From Octopus vulgaris (lineage: Eukaryota), in contig OX597818.1 of NCBI GenBank assembly GCA_951406725.2, forward strand, positions 16,740,001 through 16,804,000: a stretch of 64,000 bases of DNA, in the 5' to 3' direction. A program made the translations under genes and the position numbers. Under the pieces are notes generated by a model. It saw only the letters and a list, made by a program, of their open reading frames with translations. It was not told the origin of the DNA and made no database searches. Positions 42,400 to 53,778 of this stretch are shown in pieces. Numbering within the stretch: the first letter of the stretch is position 1; each line of letters starts with the position of its first letter.

Positions 42400-45211
42400 C
42401 CTGTAGACAGGGACCCGGTCACTGAAAGTTAAGTGCATCCTTTCTGGCACACAAAGATTACAGGGACCAGACTAGTGAACTAGTTAAGAAGCAGTTGACA
42501 GGAGCAATTGTCAACAACTGGTGGTAGGCTTCCCTGAAGAGGGCAATTAGAGCAAAATTAATAGCATTTAGCAAAGTTAGCAATAGAAAGGAATAGATTA
42601 GAGGGTGAACTAATTAGCAAATTCAAAGGTTAAAAAGGGCATTATGACCGATGTGTTAGCGGCAAGAATGACCCTTGACCATTTCTTCAAAATAAAACAT
42701 GAAGATTGTATTGTCAAAGCTAAGGCCCATGCGCTTAAACCAGAAGGAACTAAAGCTGGGCCCGAATGAGGGAGACATGACATAAAATGGTATGGGCGTA
42801 TGCTATGCAGCTTCAAGCAGATGTGTGCGGCTTTTCAGCAGCACTTCACACAGCTGTTTGGAGAGGGCAATTGGTCAATGATGGTACTGGACTTCAGACT
42901 TTAAGGCGGCGAGCTGGCAGAAACGTTAGCATACCGGGTGAAATGCGTAGCCGTATTTCATCTGCCGTTACGTTCTGAGTTCAAATTCCGCCACGGTTGA
43001 CTTTTCCTTTCATCCTTTCGGGGTCGATAAATAAGTACCAGTTACGCATTGGGGTCGATGAAATTGACTTAATCCGTTTGTCTGTCCTTGTTTGTCCCCT
43101 CTGTGTTTAGCCCCTAGTGGGTAGTAAAGAAATAGGTACTGGACTTCAGTTCGTACCTAGATGGCTTACTGCAGCTCATGGCAGCTGACACAAGGTTATG
43201 TGAAAAGTCAATAGCAGCTACTGAAATTTGGGAGGCGATGAGTGATTGCACAAGTTGCAGATCACCTGGTTTAGTTGGTCTGTCCTATGAATCCTATTTA
43301 TTCATGCCAGATTTGTTTGGCGACCTCTTGGCAAATGTCTACTACAACTGGCAACAGAATGGGAGAATTCCTAGTGCTGTTAGCAGAGGTGTGGTGACAC
43401 TGTTGAGAAAGGATGCCGACAATGTACTAGAGAATTTTTGGCCCATAACTCTGCTAATCACAGAGTTTAAAATTTTGGCTAAGGTGTTAGTGAAAAGGCT
43501 GATGGAGCTGTTTGGCATTGTACGCTCAGTCTGTCAGAGCTGCCCGCTGTTGCCTCTTTTGTACATATTGGTACTCAAACCACTGCTTCAGAAGTTGGAA
43601 CAGATAAGGGGCATCCCTTTTGAACTGGGACAAGGAAGGGCAGTATCAACATATATGGACGATGTCACCATCATGGTGTTGGACACCTCTGAAGTGGAGA
43701 TGGTTGGCACCATCTTAAAGGAATACAAGTTGGTTGCAGGGGCTAAAATCAATGCTGAAAAATGAGTGGGTTTGTAGTTGGGCTTCTGGAGAGGTAGGAC
43801 GATACCAATGGATGGTGACCAGTTAAACTACTCGAGGAACTGGGATGAGGTAGCCAACAGAGTGGCCAGTCTTACCCAAAAATGGGCTGAGAGGAAGCTG
43901 TCCCTGAAAGGTCAAGCAGTGGTGGCAAATGCTTACGTTGCCTCCATAATCATTTACCACTTGATTGTCGTGCCTTGTCCTGGTTACTGCTTAACCAGGT
44001 TGGAGTGTCTCTTATTTAAATTTTTGTGGAAGGGACGCGTTCAGGCAAGCAGTCAGCCTATTAGCATCCTCTGAGTGACGGATTAGATATGCTGTGGCTC
44101 CTAATGCACAGACACGCTCTTAGGTTATATCACCTGCAATGATTTCTGGATGGTGAACGTGTGTGGGTTTCGTTTGTGAGGCTCGTCTTTCTGCAGCTCA
44201 TCTCCTTGATGGAGCTGCAGTCCTGGGTGAAGAAGAAAACCAAGACTGGGTGCCTGGTGCCTAGAATATTGTCAGGCACCCACAACTCTCTACCTGTCAA
44301 GCAATAGGTTTGGTCGATGTTCTGCTTTAGAAATTTATAGAGAATTAGTGGCGGGAAAGTGCGACAGTGTTCTTGGAGAGACTCTGGGTGCTGACAAGAA
44401 CAAACTGGCTTGTCTGTTCCAGAGGACTTACCGGTTCAGAGCTATCATGAATAATTTCCAGATGCCCTTGGCCTGGCAGTGCTAGGTGGGGGTGCTACCC
44501 ATTCGAGATAAACTCTACAGGCATAGATGTGCTGTCAGACGGGCTTTTCACAGGTGTGCACAGTGACGAAACCATTCTGTATGCCCTTGTTCAATGTCCA
44601 GACATTGCTGACTTGTGGGGTTATGTTGAATAGCTGCTGTCAGGTATGGGACAGATCTGTCTGTTGGCGAAGTCTGTGATGATTGCACTGCTGCCCTCTT
44701 TCAATCAAGCAGACAAGGCAGTTTTCCTTTTCTTGGTGACTGTGACAAGGCTGAAAGGCATGACGGATACGTTCCTCTTTGGTAGAGCTCTCATTGACTT
44801 CTTCAAGTTTCACTTGAAAAGGAAATTGAGAGTGGAGAGGGAAACACTGTCCTCGAGTGAGTTTATTGAAAGCTGAGTGAAAGTTGCTAAAATGGCAAGA
44901 GTGGATAGTACCTCTCTGTGAGTTGGAGAGAGCACTTGCTCCTGGGGTTTCAGGGAAATCTCGGACAGTGGGGTTCCTTAATTATCCCTAGGGGCCTTCT
45001 TGTATCAGGAGGGCCACATCTCTATGATCTTCCCTGCCACTTTTTTTTTTTAAACCCTTTGTACGCTATGCATATATCCCTTTTTCAGTGTATACCATGT
45101 ATACTTTCTTTCATTTTTTTTTTATCATTTCATAATATGTAAACCCCCACACTTTATATCTGTCTTTGTATTGTCCCCCTCATTTTTCGTACTTGTGGCA
45201 AATAAATGAAA
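42400..45211 (+). pseudogene. 5'-truncated, internally deleted L1/Tx1-clade LINE ORF2 with 3' UTR
   Basis: GPGH*KLSASFL, SPGL.GL.YE, NFWPITLL..EFKILAKVL, QSCPLLPLLY, YMDDVT, LSLKGQAVVAN, and a C-terminal ETILYALVQC zinc-knuckle remnant. Tail AATAAATGAAATCATCATC. Confidence 0.92.
42905..43134 (+). mobile_element. Young SINE-B inserted in the L1/Tx1 copy with a 15-bp TSD
   Basis: GGTACTGGACTTCAG at 42883-42897 and 43135-43149; CpGs largely intact. Confidence 0.95.
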
Positions 45212-45231
45212 TCATCATCATTATTATTTTG

Positions 45232-45605
45232 GCTGCAAGTTAGCAGAATTGTTAGCATGCTGGACAAAATGCTAAGCAGCATTTATTTCAGCTTCACATT
45301 CTGCCATGGTCAGCTTTGCCTTACATCCTTTGGAGGTTGATAAAATATGTACCAGTTCAACACTGGAGATGATGTAATCGACCCCTTCCCCATTTCAGTC
45401 TATAATAGAAAACATAATTATCATTATTCAGGCATTTTACTAGCAGACTCATTAGAACAGTGGGGAAAATGCTACATTCTTTATATTCTGTGTTCGAAGT
45501 ACCATTCAGTTACCATGGTGCTGAAATAAAGTTCCACTAAAAGTACAAGAGACGATGTAATTGACTGATCCTCTTCTGCTGGCCTTGTGCCAAATCAAAA
45601 AAACC
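45232..45605 (+). mobile_element. Two decayed SINE-B copies after the LINE tail
   Basis: GCAGAATTGTTAGC head and TTTGCCTTACATCCTTTGGAGGTTGATAAAATATGTACCAGT body; second copy from about 45432. Confidence 0.7.
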
Positions 45606-46979
45606 ATAGCTATTATTATCATCATCATCATGCTTCTTTCTGGAAGCAAATAAACAAGAATTTTTCTGAATTCTTTCCTTCTTCCTCTCTTTTTTTTTTT
45701 TTCTGTTACAATAATCTATATAATACTCAAAAGTGCTGATGCCTTTTGCAAATTAGAATGGAATCAGTACTTGATTTTCTTGTGTGTGTACTTGACATTG
45801 TATCTGGTAGTTTTGTTTTGTTTTGTTTTGTTTTCTCTTGTTTCTGTTTGATATCTACTTAAACATGGCGTCTGCTCTCTTACGTCTTCCCAATCCTTCA
45901 TATTTACTGCTGTTGTATACATCTATCTACATGGCTGCTCTTTACCCCCACTGAAACAAATCAATATAACTAGCTAAACCATAATTTTCCACCACATCTT
46001 TTTCTCGCCATCCTTTTCTTTTTCTCTCTCTCCTTCTCCCCATTCTTTGCAGCTCCACCTCCTCCCATCTCTCCCTACTCCTCTCCCTTTAAATATACAC
46101 CATTTTCTATGCCTCTAATACATTCTGCTTCCAAAGTGCTGCCTATCTACCTACGTAACACCTACCCACCATGCTACCTACCTTTTTTTAATTTTTTTTT
46201 TTCCTGTCTTCTTCAACTGTCTGTTCTATTAGCTGTAATCCATCCAACCAACCAACCATTTACTCTTGCACCTATCTGGAAAGATAGAATGGATGGATCA
46301 ATCAACCAACTAGTCAATCAATCAATACACTTTCACACACACACACACACACACACTCACACACATATAGATGCATGTGTGTGTACAGAGAGAGAGAGTC
46401 ATATAGACTCAAGATATTCAAATACAATATTAAAGAGAGATGTTGTGAGGAAGAGGAGGAGGTTGAAGGAAGCTTTGTTGGGTAGTTGTAACACTATTAC
46501 TATTGACTCAGAGTGTATGTTTCGGTGAAGAATTAGTCTAGCTAGTAGTGGCTCAGGATTCTGCAGTGGATTAATAAACACTGGCCCCATATTACCCCCA
46601 TACATCATTTGATCTACTGTGCAATGATTCTCTACTTCATCTCTTATTTACACTTTCCTGTCTGTTTATTAAAGGTTGTTTTGAGGACTTTTTTTTTGTT
46701 TGTTTGTTTAAATCTTTATTTACACTGGTTTTTGTTTTAATTGAAAACTGCTAAAATGTCATTGCAGTTAACATGTAAATTCTGTATTCTAGTATGTTTG
46801 TAGGAGACAAAAACGATTCTATTCTATGCTTATGTATCCTTCCTTCCTTATCATATGTGCATGTGATTGGCTGGGTAAGTGTTGGGAAAGGGTGATTAGC
46901 AGTGTATTCATTGTAGGTTCTTTCAATACACAAACATATAGACACATGCACACTCATTTAATGAATACACATACTTTCT

Positions 46980-47033
<54 letters not shown>

Positions 47034-47374
47034 CTAATACATGTACACAGTGAATTTAATATTTCTACTTGTTATTTTCAAATCAAATATAAATTCTATT
47101 TTCCTAATTTTACACCATCCACACTGCCACACTTCAAAGCTTTATAAATGTTTCTATTATATATACTTCTGCATGGCTGCAATGAAAACACAGACTTCAT
47201 AATTGGTGAATTAGTTCTTCGCATTTTTGCCCTATTAATCTAAGCTGAAATTAATCTTTTAGTTCCTCTTTAGAGTTGTCTGTTACTTGGAATTTTTACA
47301 TCATGAGTGTATGTGATATATATTTTACATGGTATAAATTACTCCATATTGGTTGATGGCAAATATAGAAATAG

Positions 47375-47419
<45 letters not shown>

Positions 47420-47422
<3 letters not shown>

Positions 47423-48255
47423 GGTGAATAAACTGTTGTCTAAATTACACAATAATGAAAATAACACTGACATCTCATTTGAACAGATATATTTACCAAA
47501 ATTACATAAAAAAATATCTTGAAATACTAAAGAGTAAATTTGTTCAATAAAATCACCATTCGCATCAACCACAGCCTCCAGATGACTTTGGAATTTCCTG
47601 CAACTCTTCTGGATGGTCTCTTTGGTGAATGCTGCCATAATCCTTGCCTTCAGTTCATCTTTAGTGTTACAAGGAGTTTTGTTGGTCTCTCATTCAACTG
47701 TGCCCCACACATAATAATCAAGGGGGTTGCAGTGTAGGGAGTTAGGTGGCCAGATTTAAGGGGTGATGTGGTCGCAGAAATTGTCTGACAGCTATGACTT
47801 GGTTCTCCTGCTTCTGTGGCATAGTGCAGAGACCTGTCACCATACACAGGGTCTTCCAGCAGCCACCCTACTTCCTCAAGGCACTTGATGTAGGCCTCCA
47901 TGTTGATTGTGAGGCCATGTGGGAAGATGAATAGAGACATAATATCGCCATTACAAGTGATTGCTCGAAATACCACGATGTTGACTGGATGTTTGAGTTT
48001 TATCACTCTCAGTACATGTTCTCAGATTGATACCCAAACACTCTGAAATACTCATATTGGAGCTTCCGGTATGAATACTAAGTACTACAGCATGTCATTT
48101 CCAAATTTCTGGTAGAGTGAATTGCATCATGGTGCTGTTTTTCTCACAGATGGTGCCCAACTGACACTACTATATTGTGCAGATAACAGAATCAGACAAT
48201 GCACATGTGCAAAATAAAAAATATAAAATGGCAACAATTTACACATCACACCCTA
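47420..48255 (-). mobile_element. Internally deleted Tc1/mariner element (maT/DD37D-like)
   Basis: Imperfect TIRs (CAGGGTG..TAAAC/TTGTTG) flanked by TA. Motifs HP..IVVF.AI..G, IWPPNSLHCNPLDYYVWG and C.KFQSHLEAVVDANGDFIE. Confidence 0.88.
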
Positions 48256-48267
48256 TATATATGTGTA

Positions 48268-48320
<53 letters not shown>

Positions 48321-48620
48321 CACGTGATCGACTAGGCTATCAGATGTTGCTACATATCGCTGGTCACAATGCGCTTTGCATTGTTTTAGCCTTCAAATGA
48401 CGCCACCCGTCTGGCTAAGCGAGCAGGCCAACAGAAGAAAGAGTGAGAGAAAGTTGTGGCAAAAGAGTACTGCAGGGATTGCCACCACTCCTTGCCAGAT
48501 CCTCGTGAAACTATGGGTGTTTTCATTCAATAAACACTCACAACGCCCCGTCTGGGAATCAAAACCGCGATCCTACAAGCGTGAGTCTGCTGCCCTAACC
48601 ACTGGCTCATTGTGCCTCCA
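48321..48620 (-). mobile_element. SINE family D with tRNA-like head
   Basis: Minus strand GGAGGCACAATGAGCCAGTGGTTAGGGCAGCAGACTCACG..GGTTTTGATTCCCAG (A- and B-box-like); flanked by microsatellites. Confidence 0.75.
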
Positions 48621-48745
48621 CACACACACACACACATATATTTAGCTGAAGGAATCGAGTGACTCAAGGATTGAGAGTTTTGTGCAGCTAATGCATGAAA
48701 CTGTGTGTATGGGTGTGTGTGTATGTATATATATATATATATATA

Positions 48746-49142
48746 CTAGCAGTATCGCCCGGTGTTGCTCGGGTTTGTAAGGGAAATAACTATAAAGCAT
48801 TTTTAGAGAATTATAGCCAAAAAATAGCAAAAAAAATGCATTAAAAATGGAAAAAAATTATGGTAAATTTTTTTAAAGATCGTTGACTCATCATAGACAT
48901 TTTTAGAGAGTTACTTCCCTTATATAATAGCGAAAAAATGCATTAAAATGAAAAAAAATGATGGTAAATTTTTTTTTAAATCGTAGACTCATCGTAGACA
49001 TGCGCTAATACCCAGAAGGGCTCGATATGAATCACGACTATAAGATACCCAGTTTTGGTTAAACTGCACCGCAAAATGTGGGAGTAGTTAGGAATCTAAA
49101 TCGTAGGAGACAGACACACAACCTTACTTTTATATATAAAGA
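48746..49142 (-). mobile_element. Non-autonomous Helitron, copy 1
   Basis: 5' TCTTTATATATAAAAG; 3' hairpin CCCGAGCAACACCGGG followed by CTAG; inserted between A and T. Confidence 0.9.
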
Positions 49143-49144
49143 TA

Positions 49145-49650
49145 CTAGCAGTATCGCCCGGCGTTGCTCGGGTTTGTAAGGGAAATAACTATATAAGCAT
49201 TTTTAGAGAGTTACTTCCCTTATAAATTCGGGCTTTCTTAGCCATTTTTGTTTTGGTGTCTTCAAGCCATGAAGTCGTTGTTCTAAAAGAACGCTGGTTT
49301 CCTTCACAATGCATTACGACGTTGATTTCTTTACACTCCCTTCCCCACAGCTTCACGAGGGAGGGAAGGGGGAGAAGCAAACAGGTGCAGCTGTGAGCGT
49401 GGACGCCAACTCCGCCGCTATCGACACACGATGCATTTTATGCATTAAAATGGAATAAAAAATGATGTTAAATTATTTTTAAAATCGTAGACTCATCGTT
49501 GACGCGCGCTAATAGTCAGACGGGCTCGATATGAATCACGACTATAAGATACCCGAATTTGGTTAAACTGTACCGCAAAATGTGGGAGGAGTTAGGAATC
49601 TAAATCGAAGGGGACAGACACTCACACAACTAGAGTTTTATATATATAGA
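49145..49650 (-). mobile_element. Non-autonomous Helitron, copy 2
   Basis: 5' TCTATATATATAAAA; 3' CCCGAGCAACGCCGGGCGATACTGCTAG; carries an extra internal segment at about 49225-49435. Confidence 0.9.
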
Positions 49651-49656
49651 TATATA

Positions 49657-49858
49657 GTTAATCCAAACATGAAAACACAAAGAGAAAACACAACAATGCG
49701 AGGACATGGAACAAATATAGTATTATTGGATGCTCAGGAAGGAAGGGAAGAAGGAGGGTTTAACGTTTCGAACGGAGCTCTTCGTCAGAAACATAGGAGA
49801 ACGAAAGATCCAGAGAAGGGAAGACAGAGGAAAAAAATCTCCAACGGTACACATGCGA
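49657..49858 (-). mobile_element. Short hammerhead-bearing module (solo Penelope pLTR or retrozyme-like) in (TA)n
   Basis: About 200 bp of unique sequence bounded by TA repeats, containing the ribozyme at 49758-49792. Confidence 0.6.
49758..49792 (-). ncRNA. Minimal type I hammerhead ribozyme
   Basis: GTTT-CTGACGA-A-GAGC tcc GTTC-GAAAC-GTT-AAAC. Intact core, palindromic ACGT stem III, GUU cleavage triplet. Confidence 0.8.
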
Positions 49859-49869
49859 TTATATATATA

Positions 49870-50090
49870 ATTGGCTGTCAAGTGGTGTTGGGGGACAAAC
49901 ACACAAATAAATGTGTGTGTACACACCAACTCACAAACACAGCATGTTTCAGCTTCCACTTCTCAAGTTCATTCACAAAGTGTTGATACGCCTGGGCCAG
50001 TAATAGAAGTCACTTGCCTGAGGTACTAAACAGTGAGACTGAACCCAGAACCATGTGGTTAGGAAGCAAACTTCTTACCACACAGCTACA
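49870..50090 (-). mobile_element. SINE-A, 3' truncated and diverged
   Basis: GAACCCAGAACCATGTGGTT..CTTACCACACAGC head on the minus strand. Confidence 0.75.
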
Positions 50091-50479
50091 TACATATGCA
50101 TGCACTCTCTCTTTTTCACTCACTCATTCGCTTGGTGGGTGTGTGTGCATATTTGTTTCATGTTTGCAAGCTAACTGTCGTGGCTATTATTAGGAGAACT
50201 AAAGTATTACCCATCATGTGATGGATAACTTTGGCAGTATAACTTCAGCTACCATGAGTAATATCAGGAAATATGGCATACATACAATGTAGTTCAACTT
50301 TCATCATATTTCTTGATACTTAAATAAAATTGATGCAATGAATACTACTTTTCAAAAGAAAAAAATGTTTATTACTTTAGAATTAAATAAAACAATATTC
50401 AAAAAATGTAAGAAAAATTACTCTCCAAACTGATTTTTAAAAATTTTGGAAGTTCATACACCCACATGTTCTCTCACTT

Positions 50480-50511
<32 letters not shown>

Positions 50512-50784
50512 GTATACACACACTTTCCACCTCTTGTCTATGATTCTTCCTATCTTACTCTGTGTGTTTGTGTGCATGTGTTTCTTTGTAGTGCTGAGAA
50601 TTTGTTTACTCATTGCCTGCCACCAAACCTAATATCTGCACTCATTTTGCATTTCTTGTGTTGACTCTTTCTGTATCTCTACTTTCTCCCCACTCTTTCT
50701 ACATCATGTGAAGCATGGCTAGCAGTCAATCAACCAACCAACGAGCCAACATTGATATTGGCCAATATTCTAACAGAGATTAAG

Positions 50785-50997
50785 GCAGTGAGCTGGCGGA
50801 ATTGCTATCATCCAGGCAAAATGCTTAGTTGCATTTCTCTTGACTTTGTTCTGAGTTCAAATTCCACTGAGGTCGACTTCACCTTTTGTTTTTTTAGGTT
50901 TGATAAAATGAGTTCTAGTTGAGTACTGGGGTCTATCTAATCGAATTACTTCCTCCTCCCAAATTGCTGGTCTTGTGCCAAAATTTGAAACCAATAT
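50785..50997 (+). mobile_element. SINE family B
   Basis: GGCAGTGAGCTGGCGGAATTG head; tail CTTGTGCCAAAATTTGAAACC. Confidence 0.85.
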
Positions 50998-51824
50998 TAT
51001 AACAGAGATTATAATTGTTAGGGTTAAGCTTACTGTTTGTAGTGTAATATATACACTTCTTTGTCATCACCACAACTATTATTATCATATATCTGTTTTC
51101 TATGTTGGCATGAGTTGAATGACTATATACAGAAGCCCATATACACTCTTCTAAATTCATTGAAAACATATGCACATGTATAAAAGAAATCTATGCTCCT
51201 CCTCCAAAATTTGGTCCTGCGCTTTATGATTACAATATTTTATATTTATTTTATTTTCAACTTAAAGATTCACAAAGCATAATCGCATTGACAAAGTATG
51301 GCTCTTCTGATGCTACATTCACATGCACATAAAAACATTTCTGGTTAATTTCCCAACTAAGTCTACTTCTTTTGTACATCATTTTACAGTCTGTACAGCA
51401 TTTCAAGCTTATAAATTTTGTCGAGCTACCCTTCCTTCTCTTACACACACACACACACATGCACATATCTGAAGCCTCCCTTCCCACTTGCTACATTTTT
51501 CTACTTATTCATGTTTACATGTGTTTCGCTTTTTTTTTTGTCTTGGGGTGTTATTTTCAATTCTAAATAATAACTCCATTGTCACATCCACACACACACA
51601 CACACACGCATGTATAATACACCCACTTGCATCATTTCCCATCGGGTTCATCATATTTCTGCTTGGTTCTTGCCAGCCTGTCTGTTTTATATTGTAAGTG
51701 TTCACTTCATTATAACTAACTTTCCATAAATCTAACACACCCATATAGAAAGAAATAATTTTGCAATTGCATTCACACACATATGTGTTGTGTGTGTGTA
51801 TGTATGTACATATATACATATATA

Positions 51825-51987
51825 GGTGCAGGAGTGGCTGTGTAGTAAGTAGCTTGCTTACCAACCACATGGTTCCGGGTTCAGTTGCACTCTGTGGCAG
51901 CTTGGGCAAGTGTCTTCTACTATAGCCTCAAGCCGAGCAAAGCCTTGTGAGTGGATTTGGTAGATAGAAACTGAAAGAAACCTATCG

Positions 51988-52022
<35 letters not shown>

Positions 52023-52408
52023 ATGTATCAAATGAAATAAATGAAAAACAGGACGCAAAGGATTTTGCGGTACATATGTTTCGGGTTTATAGAACAACTT
52101 ATTGTTACATCAATGCATAGTTGATATAATAGATATAATAGGTAGATCAAAAACCTTCTTCAGCCGCGTACAATTGCTACACCAAAGACTTGTATGTATG
52201 TATATGTTTGTGTGTCTGTGTTTGTCCCCCCCAACATCACTTGACAACTGATGCTGGTGTGTTTACATCCCCGTAACTTAGCGGTTCGGCAAGAGAGACC
52301 AATAGAATAAGTACTAGGCTTACCAAGAATAAGTCCTGGGTCAACTTGCTCAACTAAAGGCAGTGCTCCAGCATGGCTGCAGTCAAATGACTGAAACAAA
52401 TAAATGAA
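51825..52408 (+). mobile_element. SINE-A with an insert of about 165 bp in its internal microsatellite
   Basis: Head 51825-51990, insert 52028-52191, tail 52200-52408. Confidence 0.9.
52067..52167 (-). ncRNA. Type I hammerhead ribozyme with a large stem II loop
   Basis: GCGG-CTGAAGA-AGGTTT..(about 65 nt)..AAACCC-GAAAC-ATAT-GTA-CCGC. Perfect stem I, palindromic ACATATGT stem III, GUA triplet. Confidence 0.8.
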
Positions 52409-52428
52409 TATATATTTATATATACATA

Positions 52429-52747
52429 TTGGGTCATTCTATAAATAATGCAGTTTTTTTTCAATTGCATGAACTCAAATTCGGATGGGGACAGGATAGA
52501 CTATCTGCATCAACTTGCTATAAAAGCAGATAGTAATTTTACCTTATCCTTATTCTTAGTGCAAGTTTTGAAGAGTGCAGTTCAATTTTAAGTTAGTTTT
52601 TCAAAGCTATAATAGAAGTGACAAAGAAGTATTTTTGGTATATTTTGCTTTATGAGTTCGATAAAGGCAACAACGCAATGGAAAGTGTGAGGAATATTAA
52701 TGAAGTATTTTGGGATCAGACAATAAGCGTAAGCCAGTGTCAATGGA
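52429..52747 (+). mobile_element. mariner 5' end (TIR plus N-terminal HTH remnant)
   Basis: TA-TTGGGTCATTCTATAAATAATG terminus. YILLYEFDKGNNAMESVRNINEVFWDQTISVSQCQW matches the mariner N-terminal HTH pattern. Confidence 0.8.
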
Positions 52748-53347
52748 CTAGGAGAGCTGTTTGAAAAAGTGCCACTCCCAAACAGTGGAAGGAATCTTGG
52801 GTAGAGGGAGACCCAGGAAGACATGGGATGAGGTGGTGAAGCATGACCTTCGAATGTTGGGTCCCACAGAGGCAATGACAAAAGACTGAGACCTCTGGAG
52901 GTATGCTGTGACTGAGACAGCAAATAAAGTGAGTTCACAGCTGTAAGTACACACCAGCATCGCATAACCAGCCCACCCAAAAGTACCTTGGATTGTAGGG
53001 TGACATGCCATGCTTGAGGAGACCTATTGTGTCAAGTACATCAAAATCAAATCAAATCAAATTACAATCAAATGGAAATTGTAGTTGTGACCCCCATGCC
53101 AGTGGCATGCAAAAAGCACCATCTGATCATGGCTGATGCCAGCTCCCTTGGCCCCTGTGCTGGTGGCGCGTAAAAAGCAACCACTACACTCTCAGAGTGG
53201 TTTGCGTTAGGAAGGGCATCCAGCTGTAGAAACACTGCCAGATCAGATTGGGGTCTGGTGCAGCCCCTGGCTTCCCAGGCCCCAGTTGAACCATCCAATC
53301 CATGCCGGCATGGAAAACGGACGTTAAACGATGATGATGATGATGAT
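52748..53347 (+). mobile_element. 5'-truncated RTE LINE (ORF end plus 3' UTR)
   Basis: VEGILGRGRPRKTWDEVVKHDLRMLG.TEAMTKD*DLWRYAV, then a 3' UTR ending in (ATG)n. Confidence 0.9.
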
Positions 53348-53348
53348 A

Positions 53349-53402
<54 letters not shown>

Positions 53403-53452
53403 TACATACGTATGTGTATACATGTGTACACTTGTGTATATGCTTTTGCATA

Positions 53453-53502
<50 letters not shown>

Positions 53503-53706
53503 TATGTGTGTGTATTTACATTTTCTGTGATTATTTGGTAAACGGTGCCGAATTTTACACTTCTATAAATAATGATAATAATTATGATAATAATAATAAT
53601 GATATTTGTAAGCTTATAGCTTATAAGTGATCAGTGTCCATTGACTAAGATAAATAGTCTAATATTGGGGCATATAAACCCTCTACGGAAAAAAAGCAGC
53701 ATTTGT

Positions 53707-53778
53707 TGTATGCATGGGACTCAAACCCACAAGTCTATATTGTTGCGACACGCATACTGACCATTATGATAACATACA
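53707..53778 (-). other. tRNA-like pseudogene or SINE head
   Basis: Acceptor-like TGTATG/CATACA, A-box-like TATCATAATGG, T-arm GTGGG-TTTGAGT-CCCAT; anticodon arm poorly paired. Confidence 0.5.
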
